A DNA stretch of 64,000 bases from a virus (lineage: Duplodnaviria; Heunggongvirae; Uroviricota; Caudoviricetes), in IMG/VR virus record IMGVR_UViG_2799113095_000002. One strand, 5' to 3'. Every line of letters starts with the position of its first letter. Position 1 is the stretch's first letter. Made by a program: the position numbers and the translations under genes. The notes below the pieces were generated by a model that was not told the DNA's origin, ran no database searches, and saw only the letters and a program-made list of their open reading frames with translations. Shown here one piece after another: positions 1-9,768 of the stretch.

Positions 1-314
1 AACCACTCCCCGATCTGTGACAGCGGAATCAGCGGCAGGAGGCCCGGCTTGATCCACGACAGCACGTTCGAGAGGGAGTTCTGGAAGTCCTCCAGCCAGC
101 CCACGATCTCCGGTATCGGGTTGGCCGCGATGCCGAGGAGGGTGTCGATGAGCCGTTTGAGTTCGGCCTGGACCTTCTCGTTGAGCTGCGCGATGGCCTT
201 GCCGACATCCTTGACGTTCTTGCCCAACACTGACGCTGGGTCCTGCGCAAGCTGATTGGTGGGGTCGTAGTCGGCCTTGAATCCCTGTGGGACTAGATCG
301 ACCGCGCGGGGCAT
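1..314 (-). CDS. minor tail protein, N-terminal 104 codons only; the gene continues past the window start
   Basis: ATG at 312-314 overlaps the TAA of the upstream gene (TAATG). This frame reads MPRAVDLVPQGFKADYDPTNQLAQD...IAQLNEKVQAELKRLIDTLLGIAANPIPEIVGWLEDFQ with normal composition; the other frames are Arg-rich. Confidence 0.5.
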   Translation of the reverse strand, partial: MPRAVDLVPQGFKADYDPTNQLAQDPASVLGKNVKDVGKAIAQLNEKVQAELKRLIDTLLGIAANPIPEIVGWLEDFQNSLSNVLSWIKPGLLPLIPLSQIGEW

Positions 315-1720
315 TAGACCGGCGTCACCTGGACGTACAGCTGGGCGTTCGCCTTGTTGAACTGGTACGCCCCAGCGAGGCCGTCGTTGTACAGGTTGAC
401 GTACAGAGTGCCTTGTACCCCAGTGTGGTTCGCGGGGACCAGCGCGTACGAGTTGTCCGGGGTGATCGCGATGGTTGGATCGGCAGTGCTGGAGGCGTGG
501 GGCATCATGTGCGCCCAGGAGGCCGTGTTTCCGAATCCGCGGGCAATCAGCTGGCCGGAGGTGGGGTGGCCGAGCCTGATCTCGCAGCCGATGATCAGCG
601 GATCGGAGTCCAGCTCCAGGCCGGTGGCCTTGATGTGCCCAAACACGATTGGCTTCCACGGGAACGGCTGGGCCGGTACCGCGAACGATCCGATGGGAGC
701 GCGGGTGGAGATGCCCTGGTAGTTCGTGAACGCCGCCTCGGGCACCGTGTAGGGCCGGGGGATGATCGCGCCGATGGACATCGGTCGCCACTTGCCGCCG
801 GGCAGAATGTTCGCGTCGAACGCGAGCACCTGGAGATGCGAAGGCGGGGTGGACATGTCCACATCCGGGGACTGCGACAGATTGCCGGCGGGACCCTGCG
901 GGCCGCGCGGTACTGCCAGGTGCGCGATGACCGATGGAGCGTAGGGGCTGCCCGACTGCGACATGTAGGACTCGACGCCGCCGTCCGGGTCCAGAAGCTC
1001 TACACCCCAGGTGATGAGCGGGACCGGCCCCGGCGGGCCTTCGGTGCCCATCATGATGACGCGGTAGTGATCCCCGAACCACACATAGGCGCGGGAGCCG
1101 ATGAGGTTGGTGCCGCCCTGCTGGTTGGTGACCACATTCACCGCTGGGGAGGTGCCGCCGGTCGCGGCACCGGTGATGGGCGGCTGGTTGAGTCCAGCCT
1201 TCGTGCCGGTGAAGGTCACCGCGTAGGGTCCGCCCGCGACACCGGCCACAGCGACATCGCCGGGCGCGATGTTGGCGAGCGCTTCAAGAGCGGCTTGCAC
1301 AGCGGCGGAGGTAGCGCCTCCCGCGATAGAAGCCGTGGGTAGCCCGTCGTAGTTCAGGATGAATGACGTTGGGCCGCCGGTAACGGTGACGGTTTGGACC
1401 TCGTTGACAACGTCGTACTGGTTGATGACCCAGTACTTGCCGATGTCGTCATCGGTGTTCGTCAGGTTGGTGGGCAGGTCTTCGGGGTCGTCAATGGTGG
1501 AAACCTGCAGCCGCAAGGCGAAAGCGTGCTCACCGGCAGGGCCTTGCGGTCCGACGAGCGCCGGGATGACCAGTGTTGCTTGGTCGCCCGCAATCTCCAT
1601 CGTCGCGACATGCCCGTCCGGGGTTTCCCCGTCCCCGACCACGGCATAGATGTGCGTCGTGGTGGTGAGCGACTTGAGGTACTGCATCAGGCCAAGCGGC
1701 TGAATCACGGGTGCTGACAT
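314..1720 (-). CDS. minor tail protein, Gly-rich with short collagen-like GPQGPAG triplets
   Basis: 468-codon ORF. Start MSAPVIQPLG at 1720 follows a GAGGAG RBS and overlaps the upstream stop (ATGA). Position within the tail gene block. Confidence 0.55.
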   Translation of the reverse strand: MSAPVIQPLGLMQYLKSLTTTTHIYAVVGDGETPDGHVATMEIAGDQATLVIPALVGPQGPAGEHAFALRLQVSTIDDPEDLPTNLTNTDDDIGKYWVINQYDVVNEVQTVTVTGGPTSFILNYDGLPTASIAGGATSAAVQAALEALANIAPGDVAVAGVAGGPYAVTFTGTKAGLNQPPITGAATGGTSPAVNVVTNQQGGTNLIGSRAYVWFGDHYRVIMMGTEGPPGPVPLITWGVELLDPDGGVESYMSQSGSPYAPSVIAHLAVPRGPQGPAGNLSQSPDVDMSTPPSHLQVLAFDANILPGGKWRPMSIGAIIPRPYTVPEAAFTNYQGISTRAPIGSFAVPAQPFPWKPIVFGHIKATGLELDSDPLIIGCEIRLGHPTSGQLIARGFGNTASWAHMMPHASSTADPTIAITPDNSYALVPANHTGVQGTLYVNLYNDGLAGAYQFNKANAQLYVQVTPV

Positions 1721-2283
1721 CAGCTCTCCTCGGGTCGGGGTTCGTCGGTGTAGCGGACCTCGGCCTTTGTGTGCCACTGGGACATCACCATTGGGCCTTC
1801 TCCGTCGCGGCGGGCCGCGAGGCCGCGCACGTCCGGCGGCCGGAGCCGGTCTGCGCTGTAATCGCCTGGCTGGAGGTCGCGTTCGGCGTCATCGGGCGCC
1901 TTCACGTCCACCCAGGTGCAGGCGTTCGGGTAGACGCCCTCCAGATTGGTGAACCGGCGCTTTTTGATGAGCGGATCAGCGGAACGCCGGAAGCCGTACA
2001 GGGCAGCGGTCCACGCGATAGCCATCGGCGTGGACTGGGTCACCTGGTCGTCGCTGCCGGCCATGAGAATGTTCAGGTCGTGAGTCCGGCCGTTCTGATC
2101 GACCGGGTACTCCATGACCTCCAACAGCTCCAGGTAGGCGCGCTGAATATCGCGCATCGCCGCGACTCGCTGCGCCTTCTCCAAGTCGAGCCCGGCGTCG
2201 AGACCAATCTGTATGTCCGCCGGGATATCCCATGCCTCGCATTCGTCGGCTTCCGCGCAGACAGCTTGGTCGCGGGCGGACAT
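1720..2283 (-). CDS. hypothetical tail-region protein
   Basis: ORF 1720..2448 trimmed to internal start MSARDQAVCAEADE; the preceding 55 residues are Arg-rich and lie in the overlap with the upstream gene. Weak RBS. Confidence 0.4.
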   Translation of the reverse strand: MSARDQAVCAEADECEAWDIPADIQIGLDAGLDLEKAQRVAAMRDIQRAYLELLEVMEYPVDQNGRTHDLNILMAGSDDQVTQSTPMAIAWTAALYGFRRSADPLIKKRRFTNLEGVYPNACTWVDVKAPDDAERDLQPGDYSADRLRPPDVRGLAARRDGEGPMVMSQWHTKAEVRYTDEPRPEES

Positions 2284-2303
2284 TTGGAGGGTGTGCTGAT
2301 CGG

Positions 2304-4124
2304 TCAAAAGATGGTCCCTTCGCCGAGGAAGTGGGACAGGGTTGTCCAAACGGCCTGCAACGCACGAAGACCCCGCGCTGCGGGGTCTTCTTTGTCGTTG
2401 TCGTCGCCGATCGCGAGGGACACAGTTACCGGGTCTTGGCGGGACCATGTCCGCTTTATCGCGGTGATCTGGTCCGTGAAGATGATTCCGTGCTGCTCGA
2501 ACCCGGCCCGGTCACCGAGCCCAACGTCTACGTCGATGGCGTGGGGTCGTCCATTGACCACCTTGACCGTGAAGCCTTGCCAGGCACGGGTTTTGTAGTG
2601 GCCTACGCGGAGCGTCACGACACCGGAGAGGGTGTAGGCGGTGCCGCCGCCCTTCTCGAAATGCTCCTGCCAGGCCATGTCACCGGCCCATAAAGCTCGA
2701 GTTGGATCGGTGAACCGCATCCACGCCAGCAACGTATTGTCCAGCTGGCCTTGGTACAGGTTGTCCAAGCCTTCTGTGCCTTGAGCTTGGCCGTAGAACG
2801 CGATGGTCTGGGCTAGTTGCGATAGCGCATATCGGATAGCAAACGTCTGGGCTTGGTTGACGATCGCAGGCGACCGCGAGCCCGTCATGATCGTCTTGAC
2901 CGGCCCCTTGTGCTGTCTTCGCTCGGACTCGATGATCCCGCTGAATTGGCCGTCGTACCAGATGGTCTTTGGCTTCTCCGGTGCGACGCCAAAGAGCTTG
3001 CGGAACAGAGGATCTGTCTCGCCGTCCTGGTTCTCGTCCAGGTTGATCAGCGTCTCCGTGATCATGTCGTCCAACGTGGCGCCGATGAGGTTGATGACGC
3101 CGTCTACGGCGGTGCCTGTCGGGCCGGTGACGCCGGACTTGTCCTCGATGGCGAAGACGATGCAGTTCCGGTGGGGGCGGGTGGCCTGGTCTACGAAGTC
3201 CTCGGCGACGGTTCCCCGGGCGATGTCCACGAGTTCGGTGTGCGGGGAGTCTTCGTCCTCTTCCAGCCATGTGTAGGCACGGAATCCGCAGCCCGCGTCC
3301 TTGAGCATGTCGTCCATTGCGGAGTGCCAGTCGGTCCACGCGGAGCCGATGACGGAGAGTCTGGATTGGTCAAGCAGCGGGTTGACGAACGCGACTTGCA
3401 GCGGCCACGACAGCGGATCCAGTCCGGTGAGTCCGCCGTTGAGCCATGAGAACGGGTTGAAGATGTTGGTCGGGATCGACAGCAGCGGGAAGAACAGTCG
3501 CGCCAGGTTGATGAACATGGAGGCGGAGAGGATGGTGCGGGTGTTGCCCGGAAGCACCCACATCTTGGGCAGCTGGACCTCGGGTGGGAAGATCGGATTC
3601 GCTGCGAACAGAAGGTTTTTCGCGTGCTGCCGGTTGCTGATGGCCTCCAGCTCAAGCGTGTGAATGCCGGAGCTGTCGCGCTTGGCGTTGATCCCGGTGA
3701 TCTTCCCGCCCCATCGGGTTCGCCATGTTGGCGCTGTCGGGTTGGGGTCCACGACCAGGTGGAGGTCTTCGTGGATCTTCGTCTGGTGGAGGATGAAGTC
3801 GGTCAGCCAGTTCTCGTACCGGAGAACAACATTGGCTTGGCCGGAGTCGGACCACATCTCCTCCACTGAGGCCATCCGCTCGCCCGCGATCTGGGCGACC
3901 GGCTTCATGTTCTTGTCGAACAGGCGGAGCATCGGGCGCTGCCGGGCGGAGGCCTCGATGATGTCGCGGCGGCCCTTTACGTACCGGAACTGCGACATGG
4001 GGTCGCTGGGGTCTGGCTTCTCCTTCTCAGCGATGACCCGTTTGAACTGGTCGTTCATCCAGCGGGTGAACTCCAGCGGCGCCGTTACCAGTCCGGTATC
4101 GACGCCGTCGAGGAGGCTGCTCAT
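2304..4124 (-). CDS. minor tail protein (606 aa)
   Basis: Long ORF with non-biased composition directly downstream of the post-TMP gene. Size and position match siphophage minor tail or tip proteins. Confidence 0.55.
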   Translation of the reverse strand: MSSLLDGVDTGLVTAPLEFTRWMNDQFKRVIAEKEKPDPSDPMSQFRYVKGRRDIIEASARQRPMLRLFDKNMKPVAQIAGERMASVEEMWSDSGQANVVLRYENWLTDFILHQTKIHEDLHLVVDPNPTAPTWRTRWGGKITGINAKRDSSGIHTLELEAISNRQHAKNLLFAANPIFPPEVQLPKMWVLPGNTRTILSASMFINLARLFFPLLSIPTNIFNPFSWLNGGLTGLDPLSWPLQVAFVNPLLDQSRLSVIGSAWTDWHSAMDDMLKDAGCGFRAYTWLEEDEDSPHTELVDIARGTVAEDFVDQATRPHRNCIVFAIEDKSGVTGPTGTAVDGVINLIGATLDDMITETLINLDENQDGETDPLFRKLFGVAPEKPKTIWYDGQFSGIIESERRQHKGPVKTIMTGSRSPAIVNQAQTFAIRYALSQLAQTIAFYGQAQGTEGLDNLYQGQLDNTLLAWMRFTDPTRALWAGDMAWQEHFEKGGGTAYTLSGVVTLRVGHYKTRAWQGFTVKVVNGRPHAIDVDVGLGDRAGFEQHGIIFTDQITAIKRTWSRQDPVTVSLAIGDDNDKEDPAARGLRALQAVWTTLSHFLGEGTIF

Positions 4125-5114
4125 CTAGCGTGACCTCTTATAGCGTTGTGGCAGCAGGACAGTGATCTTGGCGTTGGGGTCGGAATGCTTGACGCGGATG
4201 TGCGCGACGGTCTTTGGGGCGATGGCCGCCATGAACCGCTTGTCGAACCGCTTCCACACCGGTTCGCCGCTGGCCGCGAGGTCGTGCAGGAAGAAGTCGA
4301 GGATCTTGGACTGGCGGGCGATCTTGTAGAAGATGTTGTCTACCGGGTCATTTGATGCTGTGAGCGTGCGCTGGGTGGGGTCGGTATCCACGAGCACGTA
4401 GCCGTCTTGCGGTGTGATGAGTGGGAGCTCCACCATGCGTCCGGTGTCGCCGTCCTCCACCCATGCCTTGCCGGGCGGAATGATGAACTGTGTGAAGGAC
4501 TTCAACTCGCCCCGGTTGGCGAGGGCTACGGTGCCCTCACCCTTGCCGTCATATTGGGCGGCGTTGGCCGGGGTGTTCTGCCATGTAGACCACAGCGAGG
4601 GCTTGCTGTAGTACGGCTTCTGGGCGAGCCATGTCAGGTTCCAGGTAGCGAAGTTGTTGCCGAATGCTACGGGGTCACGCTTGACCGAGCCGGTTACGGT
4701 TTTAGCGGGTCGGACCCTGATCCAGCGCCAGCCGGAGAACCGGGTGTAGATACCGAGCCACCCGTCGCGTTCTTCGTCTTGGCCTGCCCACCAGCGTGAT
4801 TCGGCCATCCGGTACTGGTACTCGTTGAACGGGATGCCCTTCCCGCCGATCTTCACCCCGAGGTTGATCTCTCGCTTGAGGATGTTGACGCGCTCGACCG
4901 TGGTTCCGAGCTCGTAGGCGCCCTCGCTGAGTAGCAGCTCGAAAGGCCAGTGGTGCTCGCCCTCGATCTCCTCGGCGAGGTGTACGCCCTGCCGGCCAGC
5001 GAGGACACCGCCGTGCAGGTCGTAGCGGTACCCGTCCGGGGTGATGTAGATGACGCGGGTCTCCAACCCCTGCAAGCGGGGTGGCAGCTTCTCCCATACG
5101 TCGTAGGCCGCCAT
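4125..5114 (-). CDS. minor tail protein (distal-tail-protein position)
   Basis: ORF 4125..5510 trimmed to MAAYDVWEKLPPRL; the upstream 132 residues are Arg-rich out-of-frame overlap with the TMP. It is the first gene after the tape measure. Confidence 0.5.
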   Translation of the reverse strand: MAAYDVWEKLPPRLQGLETRVIYITPDGYRYDLHGGVLAGRQGVHLAEEIEGEHHWPFELLLSEGAYELGTTVERVNILKREINLGVKIGGKGIPFNEYQYRMAESRWWAGQDEERDGWLGIYTRFSGWRWIRVRPAKTVTGSVKRDPVAFGNNFATWNLTWLAQKPYYSKPSLWSTWQNTPANAAQYDGKGEGTVALANRGELKSFTQFIIPPGKAWVEDGDTGRMVELPLITPQDGYVLVDTDPTQRTLTASNDPVDNIFYKIARQSKILDFFLHDLAASGEPVWKRFDKRFMAAIAPKTVAHIRVKHSDPNAKITVLLPQRYKRSR

Positions 5115-5134
5115 CTCTGCCTGCCGGATGAACC

Positions 5135-8100
5135 TCACGGTCGCGGCAGTCCTGACGCGTAGGTGCGGGAGCGTGCGTTCTGCTCGGTGTGTATCTCGGA
5201 TTTCAGTGCAGCGGGGTCCATTCCCACGTTCCCGGTGATGTTGATGGACTGATCGACGCTCGGCGGTGCCTGTGTCTGGCTGTTGGGCAAGAAGTCGCTT
5301 ACCTGCGGGAGCACTGACGCGATGGTGTCGCCTGCTGACGAGATGCCTCCGCCGTCGCCGAAGTTCATGCCGCTGAGGCCGCCGTCTTCGCTGCCGAGTG
5401 GGCCTCCGGCGAGGCCTGGGAAATTGCCCCGCTGCGGGCCGCCGAAGGCGTTCTTCGCCAGGCTGCCGAGGTAGTTCGCGCCTCCGGTGAAGAGCTTCCA
5501 GATGCCCCAATCCATTGGGTTGCTGAATATCTCGCCGTCGAAACCGAGGGCGTCCATGGCGCCGGAGAGCATGTCCTTCGCGAAGCTCTGTCCATCGGGT
5601 CCACTCCCCTTACTTCCCTTGTTGGCAGTGAACTTGCCTCGCTGTGCTTCGCCGAGGTCGTCACGGGCATCCCCTGCTTCGCGACGTGCCTTTGCGGCGT
5701 CGTTCTTGGCCTTATCGACCGCGTTCTGGGCCTGCATGACTTCCAGATCAGTTGCAGCCGCTGTGAGTTCCCGCTGCTTGGCTTCGGCTTCCTTGACGCG
5801 CAGATCAGCGTCTTTCACCCTCTGATCGGCGTCGGTGACACGCTCCTGCGCTTCCCGGACCTGCTTCGCATCTGGCCGGTAGTAGCCCGCGGTGCCGTCG
5901 TCGTCATAACCGGGAGTGGCGGGCATCCGCTGGTAGCCGTAGCCGCTGACTCCACCGCCACCACCTCCAAGACGGCTGTACGCGGCAGACGCAGCGCCAC
6001 TCTTGGACTGGATCTCCGTCTTGTATGCCTGCCGGCCACCGGAGTAGGCCGCCTCGGCTGAGGCTGCACCGGGCGCCTGCTGGAGCCAAAAGATGTCCTT
6101 CCAGATGTCCTTGGATGAGCCTCCGCTACTGCGCTTTTCATCAAGGCGGTTGAAGAACTCCCCGATGTTCTTGTTGGGGTCGTCGCGGCCGACGTAGGAG
6201 GTGTCCTGCTGGAACACGCCGTGCCATGCTCCGCCCCCACCAGAGGCTTTCGGGTTCAGGCCGGACTCTTGCATCGCGGTGGACAGCACCGCGACTGCCT
6301 CGTCTTGGCTGTACCCGCGACGTGTTGCCTCCCCGAGGATCGCCGAGGCAACGTCATCTGGGCTGGATTCCGGAGTCAGCTGACCGAGGCCCACGGACTG
6401 CTGCTGTTGCCGCCCCCCACCCGGCATCTGCCCATAGCTGCCGATCTCGTGCAGGGCGGCCACATGGATGTGGTCCCCGTGCTGCTTCATCGTGGATTCG
6501 CCGTAGATGCGGCGTGCAGCTTGGCCTTCGGCGTGTTCGCCGTTGACGTTGTACCAAACCTTCTGCGGGTCATCGAAGATGATCTGTGCGAGCTGGTCAC
6601 GCATAGACCAGAGCGCATCCAGGTTCCGGCGGGACGGATCAACGTCGATGGCCATGCCCTTGGGGTGGTAGCCGCCGTCTACGCCGTGATCGGTCTTGGC
6701 GCTGGTGAGTACCGCGCTCGGGTTTGATTCGCGCAGAGCCCGCAGGATGGACAGGTTTACCGTGCCGCCACCCATCCGGTTGAGCTCATCCTGGGAGACG
6801 TTGTTGAAGCCGCCCTGGTCGAACACGCCGAGCATCTGGCCGGTCTTGGCCCAGATGTCGATGGAGCGCTTCCCGCCCCTTATGGGTATGAATGCCTCAC
6901 CGCCTGTGGATGGTTCGGCCCACTGCACCAGCCCGGCGCCAGCGACTGGTGGCTGGAACATCGCGGTGCGGGGTAGCTTTCCGCCCGCGAACGACGCAAC
7001 CGAATCCCACACGTCGTAGATGCCGCCCCTGGCTCGGGGGGCGGCAGGCGGCGGCAACATCAGGGTGCTCCAGTCGCCCGGCGGTGGTGAGGAGGCGGGG
7101 GCGGGTGCTGTGATGTTCTTCTTGAAGTTGTCCCAATCCTCCTGTGCCTGCTTGGTATCCACGGTGACGGGGACTTCGAGCTTCTTGCCGCCTTGCTTCT
7201 GCCGCCACGCGTCGAGGGTCTTCTGGCCCTCTTCGGTGTTGGCGTTCACCTCGAACTTGCCGTCAGGCAGCTCCTTGACCTGGAGGCCGATCTTGGCGAG
7301 TTTCTCGGTGACCTCAGGGGCGTTCGAGTCGATGTAGACGGTCGTCTTGTCGTCACCGAGGGATACCTTTGCCTTGCCGAGCTTTTCGGTGAACTTGAGT
7401 GCTTCGGCGGTCTGGTTACCGGCCTCATCGAGCTTTTTGTTCAGCTCGTCAGCACCGCTGTTGGCGGCGTCCTTCCACTTCTTTGCCTTCTCGAACAGGC
7501 TGTCCGGTCCCGACTGCCAGGCAAAGAAGTCTTGCGCGCGTTTGAAATTCTGCTGTGCCTTGTCGTCGTTTCCGAGGACCTGGTCCCAGACGCCGCGCAG
7601 CTGCATCCATGTGCCGGCCACGTCGCCTGCGGCGGCTATGATGTCGCCGACCGCTGTCATCATGTCGGCAGCGAAGATGATGACGTGCCGCCCGGCGTCT
7701 ACCGCGCCCTCGGCGATGAGCGAGAAGAACTTCACGATGTCGGATTGGTGCTCGCTCACCCAATCGCCTAGACCCCCAAGGGCTTCGTTCGTGAAGTCGA
7801 AAACCTCGCTGGAGAGGGGCTGCAAAGCGCCAGCGGCCTTGTTCTTGAGGATCTGCCACTGCTGCGCGAAGTCATCGGTGGCGTCCACGTCTTCCTGGAT
7901 CGTGGTGCCGGTATGCGACAGCGCCTCATCGAGCTTCTTGACATCGAAGACTCCACGCCGGATTGCATCCACGAACTGCAACCCACCTCGGCCGCCAAAT
8001 AGCTTGTTACCGAGGTTGATTGCTCCTGCCTCATCGCCTACGTCGATGAGCCGCTGAATCTCGTTGGTCAGAGTGCGCAACGCCTCGGGTCCGCTCTGCC

Positions 8101-9319
8101 CCTTCTTGGCGAGGGTGCCGAGGCCCTTGGTGAGCGGAGCGATGATCTTCTCCGGCTCCATCCCGGCTTCCTCGAAGACGCCCATCATGGCCGTGGCCTT
8201 GCCAAGGTCCATCCCGAGTTGCCGCATGGCCGGGCCGCCCTTTGCAGCCAGCCCAATGAGTTCGTTGACGGGTATCTGTGTGGACTGAGAAGCGTTCTTG
8301 AATGAATTGAGAGCAGCTACTTGCTCTTTCGCGTCCTTGAGCGAGTACGCCTTGAAAACCTTGCCCAGCTGACGTACGTCGATGGGTTCTTCGGCGATGC
8401 GCGATAGGTTGGCGATATTCGTGGTGACCTCAACGAGACCGTCACCGGTTTGCCCAAGCGCCTTGTTGACTTGAGCGGTCATCGAGCCGATTTCCCCAGT
8501 GGTAAGGGGTACTTGGCTCGCGATGTCCATCGTGGCCTGCTTGAGGCCTTCCAACGCCGGGCCAGTCTCACCGGTCTTGAGGCGCAGCCTGTCGAACACC
8601 TCGTCGTACGACTCGCCGAGGTCGTACAGCTGCTTCATGGCGGCGGCAGCCCCGGCGCCCAACGCAGCGAGCCCAGCGCCCGCGACGGCGCCCGCCGCCG
8701 CGCCGAGAGCCACTGCCCCTGTCTCTGCGGTTCCCAGCGCCGCGCCGAGGCCTGTCGCACCACTGCTCAGCCTGCCCAGCATCGCCCCAAGTACGTTGCC
8801 CCCCGCGCCAAGGCGATCAGCGGCAGAGCCCGCTCTGCCTAGCGCACCGCCCAACACATTCACTGCGGCGGCGGATTCGCGGTGTCCGGCCGTGTTGTCC
8901 TGTTGGGCCCGACGTTGGTCCCTGAGCGCGCGCGTCAGATTGTCGGCCGCGAGCACCTGCGCGCGGCGGGCGCGTTCGACCGCTTCTTCGGCGGCCTTGC
9001 GTTGGCCGGCAGAGGCGCTGGACTTCTTGCGTACGTCCTCCAGCCGGGTCTCGGCTACGACAAGGCGCCCCGCAGCGTCGGCTTCGGCCTTCCGCGCAAC
9101 CTGTACCTTTTTGGAGGCCGCCTCCACCTTTTTGAGGCCGGACTCGGCTCGCTTGGTGCCCTCATCGAGACCGGATGCGAGCTGCTGCCCCATGACCTTG
9201 CCCGAGCGGCCGAAACGCTTTTCGGCCTTGTCGGCGATCTTCTCCACGCCCTCGTCCAGATGAGAGGCCTCCGGCCAGAGTGAGACCAGGACGCGGGCCA
9301 GTTCGATGGTTTCGGTCAC
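5135..9319 (-). CDS. tail tape measure protein with peptidase-M15-like and lytic-transglycosylase-like motifs
   Basis: About 1394 codons from a GTG at 9319 (RBS GAGAGGAGA, GTGA overlap with the chaperone stop). Coiled-coil and Ala/Gly-rich. Motifs GGYHPKGMAIDVD plus HGDHIHVAA (about 6450-6680) and AMQESGLNPKA (about 6240-6330). Confidence 0.85.
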   Translation of the reverse strand: MTETIELARVLVSLWPEASHLDEGVEKIADKAEKRFGRSGKVMGQQLASGLDEGTKRAESGLKKVEAASKKVQVARKAEADAAGRLVVAETRLEDVRKKSSASAGQRKAAEEAVERARRAQVLAADNLTRALRDQRRAQQDNTAGHRESAAAVNVLGGALGRAGSAADRLGAGGNVLGAMLGRLSSGATGLGAALGTAETGAVALGAAAGAVAGAGLAALGAGAAAAMKQLYDLGESYDEVFDRLRLKTGETGPALEGLKQATMDIASQVPLTTGEIGSMTAQVNKALGQTGDGLVEVTTNIANLSRIAEEPIDVRQLGKVFKAYSLKDAKEQVAALNSFKNASQSTQIPVNELIGLAAKGGPAMRQLGMDLGKATAMMGVFEEAGMEPEKIIAPLTKGLGTLAKKGQSGPEALRTLTNEIQRLIDVGDEAGAINLGNKLFGGRGGLQFVDAIRRGVFDVKKLDEALSHTGTTIQEDVDATDDFAQQWQILKNKAAGALQPLSSEVFDFTNEALGGLGDWVSEHQSDIVKFFSLIAEGAVDAGRHVIIFAADMMTAVGDIIAAAGDVAGTWMQLRGVWDQVLGNDDKAQQNFKRAQDFFAWQSGPDSLFEKAKKWKDAANSGADELNKKLDEAGNQTAEALKFTEKLGKAKVSLGDDKTTVYIDSNAPEVTEKLAKIGLQVKELPDGKFEVNANTEEGQKTLDAWRQKQGGKKLEVPVTVDTKQAQEDWDNFKKNITAPAPASSPPPGDWSTLMLPPPAAPRARGGIYDVWDSVASFAGGKLPRTAMFQPPVAGAGLVQWAEPSTGGEAFIPIRGGKRSIDIWAKTGQMLGVFDQGGFNNVSQDELNRMGGGTVNLSILRALRESNPSAVLTSAKTDHGVDGGYHPKGMAIDVDPSRRNLDALWSMRDQLAQIIFDDPQKVWYNVNGEHAEGQAARRIYGESTMKQHGDHIHVAALHEIGSYGQMPGGGRQQQQSVGLGQLTPESSPDDVASAILGEATRRGYSQDEAVAVLSTAMQESGLNPKASGGGGAWHGVFQQDTSYVGRDDPNKNIGEFFNRLDEKRSSGGSSKDIWKDIFWLQQAPGAASAEAAYSGGRQAYKTEIQSKSGAASAAYSRLGGGGGGVSGYGYQRMPATPGYDDDGTAGYYRPDAKQVREAQERVTDADQRVKDADLRVKEAEAKQRELTAAATDLEVMQAQNAVDKAKNDAAKARREAGDARDDLGEAQRGKFTANKGSKGSGPDGQSFAKDMLSGAMDALGFDGEIFSNPMDWGIWKLFTGGANYLGSLAKNAFGGPQRGNFPGLAGGPLGSEDGGLSGMNFGDGGGISSAGDTIASVLPQVSDFLPNSQTQAPPSVDQSINITGNVGMDPAALKSEIHTEQNARSRTYASGLPRP

Positions 9320-9768
9320 GGGTCTCCTCTCTTTTCCGGGCCGATCACTCGGCCTTGGGTCGGGGGTGTGCGGGCGTAGTTCTCGGCGCGTAGCCGCTCG
9401 AACTCCTCCAAGGTCATCGCGTCGAACGAATCGATGCGCCTTGGGTTTTGCTTCTGTACGGGCGGCTCTTCGGGTACGCCGGGGCGGGGCATCCGACGCT
9501 GGACTTCGATGAGCCCTTCGTTCTGCTCCATCTGGGTAGCGATGAGGTGGGCTTCCTTCGTCCACCCGCCGACTGCCAGAAACACAGAGCTATTCGCCGG
9601 GGGCGCAAGAACTATCGAGGCGAACTCATCCAGCGAGAGGTCTGTTCCGATGTCCTTGGCGCGGAATCCCAGGGCTAGAAGGTCGCGCTGAACCGCGTGC
9701 CAGTGATCACCGAACACACGGGTCAGCGCACCTATTTTTCCGCTGAGAGATTCGCCTCGGCGAACCAA
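9316..9768 (-). CDS. tail assembly chaperone -1 frameshift extension (T-like); expressed as a fusion with 9732..10124
   Basis: ORF in the -1 frame overlaps the G ORF by 37 nt. Putative slip site GCG GAA AAA TAG (rc of 9732-9742) immediately before the stop. Conserved G/T arrangement upstream of the TMP. Confidence 0.7.
   Translation of the reverse strand: MVRRGESLSGKIGALTRVFGDHWHAVQRDLLALGFRAKDIGTDLSLDEFASIVLAPPANSSVFLAVGGWTKEAHLIATQMEQNEGLIEVQRRMPRPGVPEEPPVQKQNPRRIDSFDAMTLEEFERLRAENYARTPPTQGRVIGPEKRGDP

Noticed and set aside
287-1342. Long plus-strand ORFs antisense to the structural genes (for example 287..1342, 12405..14396, 17300..18550, 36017..37207, 8499..9263)
   Set aside because: Arg/Gly/Ala-rich composition typical of off-frame reading of high-GC coding DNA. 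Each overlaps a well-supported minus-strand gene.
5135-9565. Arg/Pro-rich N-terminal extensions reported by the ORF track (for example the first 82 aa of 5135..9565, the first 115 aa of 15264..16895, the first 132 aa of 4125..5510)
   Set aside because: They lie in the overlap with the upstream gene and read in a different frame. Downstream in-frame ATG/GTG/TTG starts with RBS or ATGA/GTGA coupling are far more plausible.
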